Assembly: GCA_903847095.1 (NCBI GenBank)
Contig: CAINCQ010000041.1
Location: 8,292 to 72,291 of the forward strand
Reading direction: 5' to 3'
Source of the DNA: an uncultured bacterium
GTDB taxonomy: Bacteria > Patescibacteriota > Minisyncoccia > Minisyncoccales > UBA5738
DNA: 64,000 nt
The notes below the pieces were generated by a model. The model was not told the DNA's origin. It saw nothing but the letters and a program-made list of their open reading frames with translations, and did not search any database. This document shows positions 8,380 through 18,024 of this stretch, piece by piece. How positions within the stretch are numbered: position 1 is the stretch's first letter; each line of letters opens with the position of its first letter. The position numbers and the translations under genes are program-made.

Positions 8380-10005
8380 TTAATGGTTGCCGATGGCGCT
8401 ATGGACGAATTCCCGGAAAAGCGGATGCGGACGCAAAGGGCGCGATTTGAATTCCGGGTGGAATTGCGTGGCCACAAAAAAGGGATGGTCTTTAAGCTCT
8501 ACGATTTCGACCAGGTTCTTTTCGGGATTGATCCCGGACGCGATCAATCCGCATTCTTCCAGTTTTTGCCGATAGTCATTATTAAGTTCGTAGCGGTGGC
8601 GGTGGCGTTCCGATATTAAACTTTTCTTTCCATAGGCTTCGTAGGCCCGCGTTCCGGGTATAAGTTCGCAGTTGTAGGCTCCCAGCCGCATTGTGCCTCC
8701 GAATTTCTTTTCTTTGATCAGGTTTTTTTGCTCATTCATCACGTCGATCACGGGTTGCTCGGTCTTAGGATCGAATTCCCGCGAAGTCGCGAGCTTGAAT
8801 CCGCAGACATGGCGCGCGAATTCGATCGTGGCCAGTTGCATGCCAAGACATAAACCGAAAAAGGGAATTTTATTGGTTCTTAAATATTCAATGGCCTTGA
8901 TTTTACCTTCTACGCCCCGGTTACCGAAACCTCCCGGTATGATGATCCCGTCGTAGTCCTTGAGCTCGGAAAGATTTTTGGGATTTTCCTCGTAGCTCTC
9001 CGCCGACAACCACGTGATCTCGGGTTTTCTTTGGTAATACCAGGCGGCGTGCTTGATCGCTTCGATCACGGAAATATAAGAGTCCATCAAGGTGAACTTG
9101 CCGCTTTCGAAATACTTCCCGACAATCCCGATCTTAACGGGTTTTGACGCGTTATGGATCGTGTCCACGAGTTTTTCCCATTCTTTCAGATTGTTGCGTC
9201 GGGGCCGCAGGCGGAATTTGGTAAGGATCCGGCTGCTTAAATTTTCGTTCTCGAAATTCAACGGCACTTCATAAATTGATTTCGCGTCGGGAGCCGATAT
9301 CACATCCCTTTGATCGACATTGCAAAAAATCGAGATCTTGCGTTTCCGGGGTTCGTCGAGCGGCATTGAAGAACGGCCCAGGATGATATCGGGCTGAATC
9401 CCGGCCCCATTGAGCATTTTAACGGCGTTTTGCGTCGGTTTGGTCTTCATTTCCCCGACCATTTCGGGAATCGGCAGATAGCCGACCAAAATGAAAAGGA
9501 CGTCTTTGGGATTTTGGAGGCGTAACATGCGCGCGGCTTCCAGAAAAAGCATATTCTGGTATTCCCCGACCGTACCGCCGATCTCGATCAACACAAAATC
9601 GGCCCGGGATCTTTTCCCGGCCGCTTTGATACGCCTGATCACTTCGTTGGGGATATCGGGAACCACTTCAACGCATCGTCCGTTATATTCCAAATTCCTT
9701 TCCCGTTCGATAACCGACAGATAAACACGGCCCGTTGTCGCGTAGTTTACGGAACCCAGATCCTCATCGAGAAATCTTTCGTAATTGCCGATATCCTGGT
9801 CGCACTCCGTTCCGTCGTCGGTCACAAAAACCTCGCCGTGTTCGATCGGATTCATTGTTCCGGCATCGACGTTGATGTACGGGTCATTTTTGACGGCCGT
9901 TACTTTGAAGCCCTTACCTTCAAGGATTTTTCCTATGGAAGCCGTGGCTACTCCTTTACCGATACTGGACATTACTCCTCCGGCGACGAAGATATATTTT
10001 GGCAT
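8380..10005 (-). CDS. pyrG: CTP synthase
   Basis: 541 aa; MPKYIFV.GGV.SS.GKG N-terminus and a C-terminal glutamine amidotransferase domain (GLCLGMQ, HRHRYE). Confidence 0.95.
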   Translation of the reverse strand: MPKYIFVAGGVMSSIGKGVATASIGKILEGKGFKVTAVKNDPYINVDAGTMNPIEHGEVFVTDDGTECDQDIGNYERFLDEDLGSVNYATTGRVYLSVIERERNLEYNGRCVEVVPDIPNEVIRRIKAAGKRSRADFVLIEIGGTVGEYQNMLFLEAARMLRLQNPKDVLFILVGYLPIPEMVGEMKTKPTQNAVKMLNGAGIQPDIILGRSSMPLDEPRKRKISIFCNVDQRDVISAPDAKSIYEVPLNFENENLSSRILTKFRLRPRRNNLKEWEKLVDTIHNASKPVKIGIVGKYFESGKFTLMDSYISVIEAIKHAAWYYQRKPEITWLSAESYEENPKNLSELKDYDGIIIPGGFGNRGVEGKIKAIEYLRTNKIPFFGLCLGMQLATIEFARHVCGFKLATSREFDPKTEQPVIDVMNEQKNLIKEKKFGGTMRLGAYNCELIPGTRAYEAYGKKSLISERHRHRYELNNDYRQKLEECGLIASGINPEKNLVEIVELKDHPFFVATQFHPEFKSRPLRPHPLFREFVHSAIGNH

Positions 10006-10035
10006 TTTGTTTTTGAAAAACCACGCTTAAAAAAT

Positions 10036-10485
10036 TTATTCGCCCAATTCCGTTACGATGACTTTGATCTCGGCTTCGAGATTATGGCTAAATTTGATCT
10101 TGACCGGGTATTCTCCCAGTTTTTTTATCGGTTCTTCCAAATCGATTTGTTTTTTCTCGACATCGAAACCCGCTTCCTTCAATTTATCCCAGATCTTTTG
10201 ATCGTTGATCGATTCGAAAAGCTGGTCTTTGTCGCCCACTTTTACCTGGATGACGACTTCCTGGCCATCGAGGCTGGAGGCGTGTTGCTGGATCACCTTA
10301 AGCTCTTCCTCCGTTTTTTTGGCCGATATTTCCCGTTGGGTTTTGGCCCAAGCCATCGCGTTTTTCGTCGCTTGCTTGGCTAAGCCCTTTGGCAACAAAA
10401 AATTGTTCGCATAACCGTCCGCGACGTCCTTGATCTCGAATTGCTTTCCTATTTTATCTACGTTTTTTAGTAAAATTACCCGCAT
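10036..10485 (-). CDS. rplI: 50S ribosomal protein L9
   Basis: [14 protein letters not shown]....[18 protein letters not shown] is the canonical L9 N-domain; 149 aa. Confidence 0.9.
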   Translation of the reverse strand: MRVILLKNVDKIGKQFEIKDVADGYANNFLLPKGLAKQATKNAMAWAKTQREISAKKTEEELKVIQQHASSLDGQEVVIQVKVGDKDQLFESINDQKIWDKLKEAGFDVEKKQIDLEEPIKKLGEYPVKIKFSHNLEAEIKVIVTELGE

Positions 10486-10554
10486 ATTGGTTCTATGGTT
10501 TTATGATTATTTTTTTGGACTCAAGCTCATCAGGAGATTAAGTAATAATCGATT

Positions 10555-11796
10555 TTATCTCATCCCTGATATTATTTCAATAGCTTTATCAAGTTGGGGG
10601 TCTTTTTGAGCCTCATAATCGGCTGGGGTCATTTTTACTTCGATGTCGGCGGTAAGCCCTTTTTCGCTGATTTGGTCTCCTTTGGGTGTAAGCCATTTGG
10701 CCACGGTAACCTTAAGCGTTGATCCCCCGGCCAGGGGTTCCAGCTGTTGTACCGATCCTTTTCCGAAGGATTTTTCTCCGATAAGCTGGATGCCGCGATC
10801 GTCCCGCAAGGCGCCCGCGAGAATTTCGGAGGCCGAAGCCGATCCCCCGTTAATCAGGATCACCATCGGTGTCTTGGCGAACAGCGAAGGGCCTTCGGAT
10901 TTATATTCCAGTTTTCCTTTGGCTGCTCCCATATCCTCGACGGTTATCAATTGCCCCCGATCCAAAAACCATCCCGAAATATCCTGGGCGACGCTCAAAT
11001 AACCGCCCGGATCGTTGCGGAGATCAAGAATGATGTGTTTGGCCGATTTTTCCTGGATTTGGATGGCGGCGTTCTTGAATTCCTCGTCGGCGTTTTCCGA
11101 AAATTGGAAAAGCTGGATGTAAGCCGTGTCGTTATTGATCATTTTCCATTTGACCGCCGGGACGTTTATTACTTCCCGAACCAGCTTGATGTCCCTGGTT
11201 TCCTTCCAGTCTTCCCGGAAGATCGAGAGCGTTACTTCGGTGCCTTTGGGTCCGCGGATAAGGTTTACCGCTTCGTCAACATTCATGCTCGAAGATTGTT
11301 TTCCGTCTATTTTTACTATTATGTCCCCGGAACGAAGACCGGCTTTCTGGGCTGGCGTCCCTTCAAGAGGAGTTACGACCTGGAGCAATTCTTTTTTTAT
11401 GCCGACTTCCATTCCGACGCCTTCGAATTCTCCGCGCGAATCATCGATGAAGTTTTTCGAATCGACCGGATTGAAAAAAACGGTGTAGGGATCCCCTACG
11501 GCGGAAACCATTCCCGCGATCGCGCCGTAGATCATTTTTTGGGTGTCGATCTTGCTTTTATCGACGTATTTGTCCTGAAGGTCGTTCCACGTTTCCCAAA
11601 AAAGAGTTAGGTCGGCATTTTCGTGCGCGCAGGAATTTCCTTCAAAGAAGGTCCAGGCTTGGCAGGACAGCGATTGCTGTCCTCCATCGGCGGGCGCGGG
11701 ACAATAATCGCATTTTTTCTGTCCTAAGGTGAGGCCGGCCGCGAAAAATAACAAGATCAACAAAAAGCCGATCAGGTAAGTTTTTTTTATTTTCAT
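10555..11796 (-). CDS. Carboxy-terminal processing protease (S41 family, PDZ domain)
   Basis: N-terminal signal/TM, PDZ segment (GLRSGDIIVKIDG), S41 core (LDLRNDPGG, INGGSASASEI, FGKGSVQ). Confidence 0.85.
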   Translation of the reverse strand: MKIKKTYLIGFLLILLFFAAGLTLGQKKCDYCPAPADGGQQSLSCQAWTFFEGNSCAHENADLTLFWETWNDLQDKYVDKSKIDTQKMIYGAIAGMVSAVGDPYTVFFNPVDSKNFIDDSRGEFEGVGMEVGIKKELLQVVTPLEGTPAQKAGLRSGDIIVKIDGKQSSSMNVDEAVNLIRGPKGTEVTLSIFREDWKETRDIKLVREVINVPAVKWKMINNDTAYIQLFQFSENADEEFKNAAIQIQEKSAKHIILDLRNDPGGYLSVAQDISGWFLDRGQLITVEDMGAAKGKLEYKSEGPSLFAKTPMVILINGGSASASEILAGALRDDRGIQLIGEKSFGKGSVQQLEPLAGGSTLKVTVAKWLTPKGDQISEKGLTADIEVKMTPADYEAQKDPQLDKAIEIISGMR

Positions 11797-11946
11797 GTTT
11801 GGATTTTGGTCAAATTAAAAACAAAAACCAAGATGCTTTGGATACCTTATCATCTTACACTAACCAAAAAAATTAGTCCATTGGAGGAGCGGGAACAGCA
11901 GTAACAGCGAGAAAAGCTAAAACAGCAAGAAGAGCGGGAAAGCGGA

Positions 11947-12546
11947 CTACTGCGCCAAGGTTAATTCCGCGCGACTCCAATCGACGAACGACCAGAAGTT
12001 TTGCACGTATTTGGCGCGGTCATTCTTATAATCAAGATAATAGGCGTGTTCCCAGACATCGAGAGCCAGAAGAATGTTAAAATTTGCCACCAGGTTCACG
12101 TTATGTTTTTCTATTTGGAGGATATGGAGCTTTCCGGTTTCCGGGCACTTGCTTAAAACCGCCCATCCGGAACCTTCGCAGGAAACAGCGGCGGCGGTAA
12201 ATTCCTTTTTGAATTCGTCAAAAACGGCGAATTGTCGCGCGATCTCTTCGCCGATCTTTCCTTGCGGCTCATTGGCGCCGCCGCGGGCCGGCGCCAAACT
12301 GTTCCAGAATATCGAATGGAGTTTGTGGCCGGAAACATTGAAAGACAATTCTTTGGCGGCCGCTTTGACATCGAAAGCGGAACCGGCTTGGCGCGCGGTT
12401 TCGATCCGTTCTATCAAGGCATTGGCATTGTTTACGTAAGCCGCGTGGTGTTTTTGATGGTGGAGGGAAAGTTGTTCTAAGGACAAAAACGGCTTTAGGC
12501 TGTCATATCCGTAAGGCAGGGCCGGAAGTTCGTAAATTTTGCTCAT
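11947..12546 (-). CDS. Fe/Mn superoxide dismutase
   Basis: LPALPYGYDSL.P, HHQKHH and DVWEHAYYLDY signature motifs. Confidence 0.9.
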   Translation of the reverse strand: MSKIYELPALPYGYDSLKPFLSLEQLSLHHQKHHAAYVNNANALIERIETARQAGSAFDVKAAAKELSFNVSGHKLHSIFWNSLAPARGGANEPQGKIGEEIARQFAVFDEFKKEFTAAAVSCEGSGWAVLSKCPETGKLHILQIEKHNVNLVANFNILLALDVWEHAYYLDYKNDRAKYVQNFWSFVDWSRAELTLAQ

Positions 12547-12705
12547 ATTGATTTATTTTTAGACTAAGTTTTTTTATGATCTTATCATAGCTAAGGAGCG
12601 GGCGCTTATCAATCCGTTCGCGGGGCCAACAATGTTTTGATAACGGATGTTTACAATTTTTTAAATTGTATTATAACATTAGTGGCACCTTAAAAGGAGG
12701 TTGGA

Positions 12706-13056
12706 ATGCGCCATATGGAAGTTTCGGCAACCGGCCTGGAGTATTCGCTTTTAAAAAACGAATCCGGGCGCGACTTGATCGGCATCGAGATAGTCTGCAA
12801 TAGCGAAAGTAATGCCAAAACCCGTAAATTCATCGAACAATACCCCGAAATGATCTATCAAGACGGTTGGAAGATCAACTTTTGGGCTAAGGGAATAGCT
12901 TTAAGGACGAGCGAGGCCCGGGTGGAAATCAGGCTTCCAAAAAAAGAAATGTCGGAACTTAGATCGCTGTTCGACCGGGCGGGTCCGGAACGAAAATTAA
13001 ACATGTTGCCGATTTACGGCAAATATCCGGGATTCCAGCTTTTAGCGGAAATATAG
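12706..13056 (+). CDS. Hypothetical protein (116 aa)
   Basis: AAAGGAGG RBS 6 nt before the ATG, TTTACA/TATAAC promoter-like hexamers upstream (12650-12677) and a terminator downstream. No recognisable motif. Confidence 0.55.
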   Translation: MRHMEVSATGLEYSLLKNESGRDLIGIEIVCNSESNAKTRKFIEQYPEMIYQDGWKINFWAKGIALRTSEARVEIRLPKKEMSELRSLFDRAGPERKLNMLPIYGKYPGFQLLAEI

Positions 13057-13073
13057 AATACGGTAATATAGAT

Positions 13074-13096
13074 ACTCCCCAACGGGAGTTTTTTTT
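13074..13096 (+). terminator. Intrinsic terminator
   Basis: ACTCCC-CAAC-GGGAGT followed by T7. Confidence 0.7.
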
Positions 13097-13161
13097 GGTT
13101 CGCGCGTAGAATTTATATAACGATTTTAAAGACGGGCCTTTTCCGGTTTCGATCAGGAAGG

Positions 13162-14130
13162 TTAAAAGGAAAATTTGAACAGTTCTTTGGCCAGCAGATC
13201 GGCAGCGCCCGACAGGCTGATTTTATTCAATTGGGTTTTATCGTCCAGCCTTGAATGATAAACCTTGTTTTCTTTTTTGAGGTCGCCGCAAAGAACCAGG
13301 ATCTTGTCTTTCCAGCCGTCGGCTTTTTTGACCGGGAAGCCCAGATAGATCATTTGTTCGTCAGCATCAAAGTGATTTTTCCCGTTTCCCACGCAATCGA
13401 CGGCGATCAATCTTTTGGCCGAAGCCATGATTCCCTCGTTGGTTTCTTCGAAAGCCCGGAAGCCATGGCCCCAATAGGTCGGCTTGTCATAGGAAAGTTC
13501 TTCGTTGGCCGAGAATACGAACAGGTTTTTGTTCAAAAACCCCGGTTGTTTTAAAATGATCTGCATCAGAACGCCCACTCCGGAGGCGTTGTCGCAGGCG
13601 CCGGTTTCCAGCGAATCGTAATGAGCGAAAACGATACTGTTGGGATTTTCCGCGTTGCCGACCAAAATATTCCAGGCGCTGTAGTTGTAGGGTTCCACAA
13701 CGGTCTCGCCTTTGACTTTCCGGGCCCGCAATATTTTAGGCAGGTCGATCCTGCTTATGGCAAAAGCCGGTGCGAAGTAAAAATTGCCCAAAGAAATCGC
13801 TTTGCATTCGGGGTTAAAATTAATGTTTGGATATTCCAAAAAAAGCCGCGAAGGCGTCAATGAGCTTACCAGGCTTTTTTTGTCGTCGATCTGTCCCGAG
13901 GTAAAACAAGAGTTGAGGCAGTCGATCTTTTTTCCGTCCGCTTCAAGCCAGGTTTTTTTGGAAACCGGGATAGCCGTTTCGAATTCCTGGACGGCATAAG
14001 CCACGTTGTTTCCCTTTAAAACCGAAATCAAAAATTCCGCCGTTTTTCTCTCGTTTAGGCCCAGGCGCGGAGAAAATTCCAGCAGGTTGGCGCTAAAATC
14101 TAAAATATCGAATTCTTGGTTCATGGACAA
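13162..14130 (-). CDS. M28-family metallopeptidase-like protein
   Basis: FAHYDS...GACDNASGVGVLMQI matches the M28 zinc-ligand/active-site block (H.D...GA.DNASG). Confidence 0.55.
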   Translation of the reverse strand: MSMNQEFDILDFSANLLEFSPRLGLNERKTAEFLISVLKGNNVAYAVQEFETAIPVSKKTWLEADGKKIDCLNSCFTSGQIDDKKSLVSSLTPSRLFLEYPNINFNPECKAISLGNFYFAPAFAISRIDLPKILRARKVKGETVVEPYNYSAWNILVGNAENPNSIVFAHYDSLETGACDNASGVGVLMQIILKQPGFLNKNLFVFSANEELSYDKPTYWGHGFRAFEETNEGIMASAKRLIAVDCVGNGKNHFDADEQMIYLGFPVKKADGWKDKILVLCGDLKKENKVYHSRLDDKTQLNKISLSGAADLLAKELFKFSF

Positions 14131-14289
14131 ATTTACCAGTGTTAGTTTACTATTTTATAGACCACGAGTTTATAAAATAGTGAGGAGTCCAGAGGATACT
14201 TCCTCTGGCCGCCTGCGTGGTTTTGGACCACGCTGAGCGAAATTCCATTGGAAAGATATATAATTCATAATAGCAAATTTTTCGGGTAT

Positions 14290-14316
14290 AAAAAAAGGAA
14301 GGGATTTTCCCTTCCT
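14290..14316 (-). terminator. Intrinsic terminator
   Basis: On the minus strand, AGGAAGGG-AAAAT-CCCTTCCT followed by T7, directly after the stop at 14318. Confidence 0.75.
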
Positions 14317-14317
14317 G

Positions 14318-15289
14318 TCAAAGGCCGTTTTTGTCGATCGCTATCGCTTGGCGGGCGATCAGTTCAAAGAGCGAAACGGTATCGCCGGAAAAGTTTTCGG
14401 GTATAACGATGTTTTTGCGCCAATCGGATGCGAACAGCGCGGTATTTACCGTCATCATCTCAAGGTTAAGGGCCGGTGTTTGCACTACCATGGGGTAGAC
14501 GCCGGTTGCGTCCATCACCATATCCATGGCCGACCTGAATTCCTCTTTGATCTTGTGGACATCGCCATTCATGTTTTCGTAAGTTTCAAAGAGTACGAGG
14601 TTGCCTTGGATAAAATTGGCCAAATAGAGCGGATAATACCAGGACGCCGGAGGCCGCGAGGCGTATAGATTCGCCTCTTCGAGCGGTTTTTTTTGAGCCC
14701 GTAGGCCGTTTATTTCGAATACGTAGGGGGGACGTTTCTTGGCTCTTCTTAAATAAAGTGAAAAGAGCGCGCCGATGTCGCGCGTTGCCGGGCAACGCTC
14801 GCCAAATGTTTTTGTCCGTAACCGCTGGTGGTATTCGGGCAAACGAAGGCCGTCCGAGACCACGATTTCCCTTAGGACCATGCTTTCCAGAATTCGCGGA
14901 TCGGCGATCTTGTCGATCCGGATTATCGGTTGTCCGTTTTCCGCGTGGCTTACGGCGAAACGGACTTTGACCAGATTTACCTTGTCGGCGTTTCGGCTGC
15001 TGAAAGCGTCAGTTCCAAAGGTAAAGTTAACCGGCGATAAGCCAAAATGATCGCAAGCTAGCGTGCTGCAAATTTCCTCTATCCGAGCGGTCGCTACCTG
15101 ACGGCAGAGTACCCCGTGTACGCGGTTTGGCGACAGGTAAAGGTTCTGCTCCGAAATTCCGGTGAAATCTTTGATCCCGAATTCCTTTTTTGCGAAGGCA
15201 TTTACTCTCATGGCCAGCTTTTCTTTAACCGGTTTTCTCGCCCGTATTTCGGCCGCCAGATTTGCCCTATCGCTGATATAGTATCCCAT
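14318..15289 (-). CDS. Hypothetical protein (323 aa), no recognisable family
   Basis: Start reassigned to the ATG at 15289 (MGYYISDR), preceded by AAGGAGGA at 7 nt spacing. The ORF track extends to a TTG at 15382. Confidence 0.6.
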   Translation of the reverse strand: MGYYISDRANLAAEIRARKPVKEKLAMRVNAFAKKEFGIKDFTGISEQNLYLSPNRVHGVLCRQVATARIEEICSTLACDHFGLSPVNFTFGTDAFSSRNADKVNLVKVRFAVSHAENGQPIIRIDKIADPRILESMVLREIVVSDGLRLPEYHQRLRTKTFGERCPATRDIGALFSLYLRRAKKRPPYVFEINGLRAQKKPLEEANLYASRPPASWYYPLYLANFIQGNLVLFETYENMNGDVHKIKEEFRSAMDMVMDATGVYPMVVQTPALNLEMMTVNTALFASDWRKNIVIPENFSGDTVSLFELIARQAIAIDKNGL

Positions 15290-15393
15290 TTTCTTTTCCT
15301 CCTTGTTAAAGAACAACAGTCGATTCAGGCCGGTTTCGGCCTGGAGCCTAAGCATAAACTCATACGCCGAGGATTCAGGCAAAAAACTTTTTT

Positions 15394-15432
15394 AAAACGA
15401 AAACCTCCCGCTATCCGGGAGGTTTTCGTTTT
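15394..15432 (-). terminator. Strong intrinsic terminator (perfect 17-bp stem)
   Basis: 15394-15410 pairs perfectly with 15416-15432 (AAAACGAAAACCTCCCG / CGGGAGGTTTTCGTTTT) around a 5-nt loop. The U-rich tail forms part of the stem. Confidence 0.75.
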
Positions 15433-15448
15433 GGCTGGGATTATAAAT

Positions 15449-15559
15449 TTAAATTATAATTTCAAAACTCCCGAATAAGCGATCGGTTAGGCAACAAAGA
15501 CAGGCCATCGTTACGATTTCTTTCTTATCGGTTTTAGGTTTGTTGAGTTTGGTGTTCAT
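15449..15559 (-). CDS. Unannotated 36-aa Cys-rich small protein (MNTKLNKPKTDKKEIVTMACLCCLTDRLFGSFEIII)
   Basis: ATG at 15559, TAA at 15449-15451, AAGGGA 5 nt upstream of the ATG. Lies between a promoter-like element and the 17-bp terminator. Too short for the ORF track. Confidence 0.45.
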   Translation of the reverse strand: MNTKLNKPKTDKKEIVTMACLCCLTDRLFGSFEIII

Positions 15560-15572
15560 GTCCGTCCCTTAA

Positions 15573-15601
15573 AATATATCCTGTTTGAAAATTTGCGTCA
15601 A
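15573..15601 (-). promoter_or_regulatory. Promoter-like element upstream of the 36-aa ORF
   Basis: TTGACG (15596-15601), 17 nt spacer, TATATT (15573-15578). The -35 overlaps the stop codon of the upstream gene. The -10 is only 13 nt from the ATG, implying a very short leader. Confidence 0.3.
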
Positions 15602-16617
15602 GACAAGGCGGCCGTTTCTTTTCTTGATCGCAAGATGATCTTTCCGAAAATCAGCAGGCTGACGCCAAACGGGAAAAGATAATAAACGATCCGGAACAAT
15701 AAAACCGCTAAAACCGCGCTTTCCAGTCCGGTTCCCAGGAGCGCGAACATGCCGGCCGTTGACCCCTCGAATATGCCCAATCCCCCCGGCACGAACGATA
15801 TCGCGCCTGCCACGGTACCGGAGGTGAAACCTACCAGCAGTTTTCCGAAGCCCACTTGGGTCCCAAAGGCGGCGAAACAATAACCGAGGGCAAAGATCAT
15901 TGCCACCCAGTCGGCGAGCAGAAAAAAAACAAGTAAAAAAAGCAGAAAAGGCCGGGTTTTGGTTTCCTTTTTACCCCGCTCGATCGCTTCGCTGAATTTC
16001 GCGAGAAAGGCCGCTACGTCATTTTTTTTATGCAAAAGGCCGGCTATCGAAACTACCAGTCCTATGATTATTCCCCGAATTGTTTTCGCGAACAGCGCCG
16101 TCGTGGCTAACGCGAACAGTAAAACGAACAGCGCCGATGCGGCCGCGAGACTGTAAAATTCCCCGTTCGTGATGAAACTGGCGTTATAAATGAACAAAAA
16201 GGAAACCGGCAACAAGAGCAAAAAAACGGAACCGTTGAAATAGGAATGAAAAACGGTTACGGCAGTGACATCCTCGGATGAAACCTGGCTTTTTTTCATC
16301 ATGATAATCCGGTAGGTATTGCCCGGTATGCCCGCGGCCGACAGGATGTTGGTGAGCACGCTGGAAACGAATCCGATCTCCAGCAACTCCGCCAGGGGGA
16401 TTTTTATTTTGAATAACCGGCTGGCGGCCCAAAAACTGAACGCGTGAGCGAGATAGGAAAAGACCGTAAGCAGGATGGCATAAAAGATAAGTTCATAATC
16501 CGTAGTAAGCAGCAAGCCGGCCATTTTTTCGTAATCCAAAAGCAAAATGATCAGTGCGATCAAAACAAGAATGGCCGTTGCGGTAGCGTAGAAGAAATCT
16601 TTTTTTTGCCCGGTCAC
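15598..16617 (-). CDS. Polytopic membrane protein, flippase-like / lysyl-PG-synthase TM-region-like (UPF0104)
   Basis: 339 aa with about 8 TM helices. Overall pattern resembles the LPG_synthase_TM family. GTG start. Confidence 0.4.
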   Translation of the reverse strand: MTGQKKDFFYATATAILVLIALIILLLDYEKMAGLLLTTDYELIFYAILLTVFSYLAHAFSFWAASRLFKIKIPLAELLEIGFVSSVLTNILSAAGIPGNTYRIIMMKKSQVSSEDVTAVTVFHSYFNGSVFLLLLPVSFLFIYNASFITNGEFYSLAAASALFVLLFALATTALFAKTIRGIIIGLVVSIAGLLHKKNDVAAFLAKFSEAIERGKKETKTRPFLLFLLVFFLLADWVAMIFALGYCFAAFGTQVGFGKLLVGFTSGTVAGAISFVPGGLGIFEGSTAGMFALLGTGLESAVLAVLLFRIVYYLFPFGVSLLIFGKIILRSRKETAALS

Positions 16618-16687
16618 TTTTTTGTTTGGTTCCTATTACTTTATTAAATCATTTTTTGGCGTATTCATAAACTCTTTTAAAAAAATA

Positions 16688-16711
16688 AAAGCCAGTCAGG
16701 TTATGACTGGT
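16688..16711 (-). terminator. Intrinsic terminator, repeat copy 1
   Basis: On the minus strand, CCAGTCA-TAACC-TGACTGG followed by CTTTTATTTTT. The 24-nt core is identical to 17368-17391. Confidence 0.65.
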
Positions 16712-16729
16712 ATTTTGAAACCGGTGCTG

Positions 16730-17332
16730 TTATCGGGTAACCTGGTCAACACTGGCATTGGCGGCGCTCTGCGCTATTCCCAGCGGATAAGAACTGTTTA
16801 TCAAATCCTGCTGGATACGCACTCTCATCTGATCTTTGGACAGGTTGCTGTGCTCCATCGACATGGCTTCATCGAAAGCCTGCTGTCGCGCACCGAGCGT
16901 TAACCTTGCAAGTTTGTTTTCTCCCATAACTTCGGCGTACTTCTGATCAAATTCTGTTTCCACATGAGGAAAAGGGGTATTCCATAAAATTACCAATCCC
17001 GCGACCATGCCGACCAAAAGCAAGATCATGACCACAAGGACGGCCGCATCTTTCCTTGTCCTATTTTCGGTACTCGAATACACCGTATGGGTGAAGGACA
17101 GCGTGATCGCCAAGAAACCGAAGACGAAAACGCTCAAACCGATCAGCCCCGTAGTGGTTAAAAATTGCAGGTACCAAATCGATTCTCCATTGATCACCGC
17201 AATTACAACGCAAAGGCAGAAGAACAGCACAAACACAACCAATCCGGACAAAAAGGCCAACTGTAAATTTGCCCATATCTTATTTCTCTTCACTTGAATC
17301 GCCTTCCCGAAGACTTTTCCATATAATAACAA
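16730..17332 (-). CDS. Hypothetical membrane protein (3-4 TM plus soluble C-terminal tail), paralog A
   Basis: ORF with hydrophobic helices. Start uncertain: TTG at 17332 or GTG at 17293, the latter preceded by GGAAGG. Confidence 0.5.
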   Translation of the reverse strand: MLLYGKVFGKAIQVKRNKIWANLQLAFLSGLVVFVLFFCLCVVIAVINGESIWYLQFLTTTGLIGLSVFVFGFLAITLSFTHTVYSSTENRTRKDAAVLVVMILLLVGMVAGLVILWNTPFPHVETEFDQKYAEVMGENKLARLTLGARQQAFDEAMSMEHSNLSKDQMRVRIQQDLINSSYPLGIAQSAANASVDQVTR

Positions 17333-17367
17333 TAAATAATCATTTTGTCAAGCTATTTTGGAAAAAT

Positions 17368-17391
17368 AAAGCCAGTCAGGTTATGACTGGT
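17368..17391 (-). terminator. Intrinsic terminator, repeat copy 2
   Basis: Same hairpin and T-rich tail as 16688-16711, directly after the stop at 17403. Confidence 0.65.
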
Positions 17392-17402
17392 TATGTTTTC
17401 AA

Positions 17403-17879
17403 CTAAGTTCCGTTGGGCAGGAAGAAAGTTTTTCCGAGGCGCCGTTCCCATTCTAATCTTCGCGCTGGGTCCGAATTCGCGATGGCTTTTTTGAGATCGA
17501 TTAAAGAAGAATTACTTAGGTTTTGATAAGCCTGATCGTCGGCTGCTTGCGCCACTTTTTGTTGGTTCTCGAACTTTGCTATTTCTTGCCGAGTGTCTTC
17601 TGCCGGAGAAAAGGGCAGAGGGTTGCACATAAGCGGCATTATTACGAAATATCCGATCAGCAGCAGAATCGCTATTGCCGCCAAACCACCTTTTCGTTCT
17701 ACTTCGTTCCTGAACGTAACAAAGGCGGCTAACAATAGTAAGGCAAACCAAGCTACCGCGGCCGCGATGATGATCGAAGTCATTCCGAAAAATACCCAAT
17801 AAATCTTTTCTCCATCTATCAGGGATAACGCAATTCCGAATACAAAAAGGAACAACGTCAGTCCGGCAAAACCTTGCAA
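17403..17879 (-). CDS. Hypothetical membrane protein, paralog B
   Basis: Same architecture as 16730-17332. Aligned blocks by eye: LIDGEKIYWVFF vs VINGESIWYLQF, and RKGGLAAIAILLLIGYFV vs RKDAAVLVVMILLLVGMV. TTG start. Confidence 0.5.
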   Translation of the reverse strand: MQGFAGLTLFLFVFGIALSLIDGEKIYWVFFGMTSIIIAAAVAWFALLLLAAFVTFRNEVERKGGLAAIAILLLIGYFVIMPLMCNPLPFSPAEDTRQEIAKFENQQKVAQAADDQAYQNLSNSSLIDLKKAIANSDPARRLEWERRLGKTFFLPNGT

Positions 17880-18024
17880 TAAAGCCTTTGAAAGGGCTCG
17901 ATAATCTATTCCAGAAACTAAGATTCCCCCGTGTGATTATTATCACATAATAAATAGTATTTGTCAATAGTATGGATTTTTGCTAAAAGTGGCGATTGGT
18001 GGTATTTTTGACAAAGACAAACTT

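Noticed and set aside
11797-11946. A purine-rich tract with a repeated GAGCGGGAA between sod and the S41 protease gene.
   Set aside because: There are only two short copies, with no ORF and no stable fold that I could identify. It is probably a spacer or promoter region.
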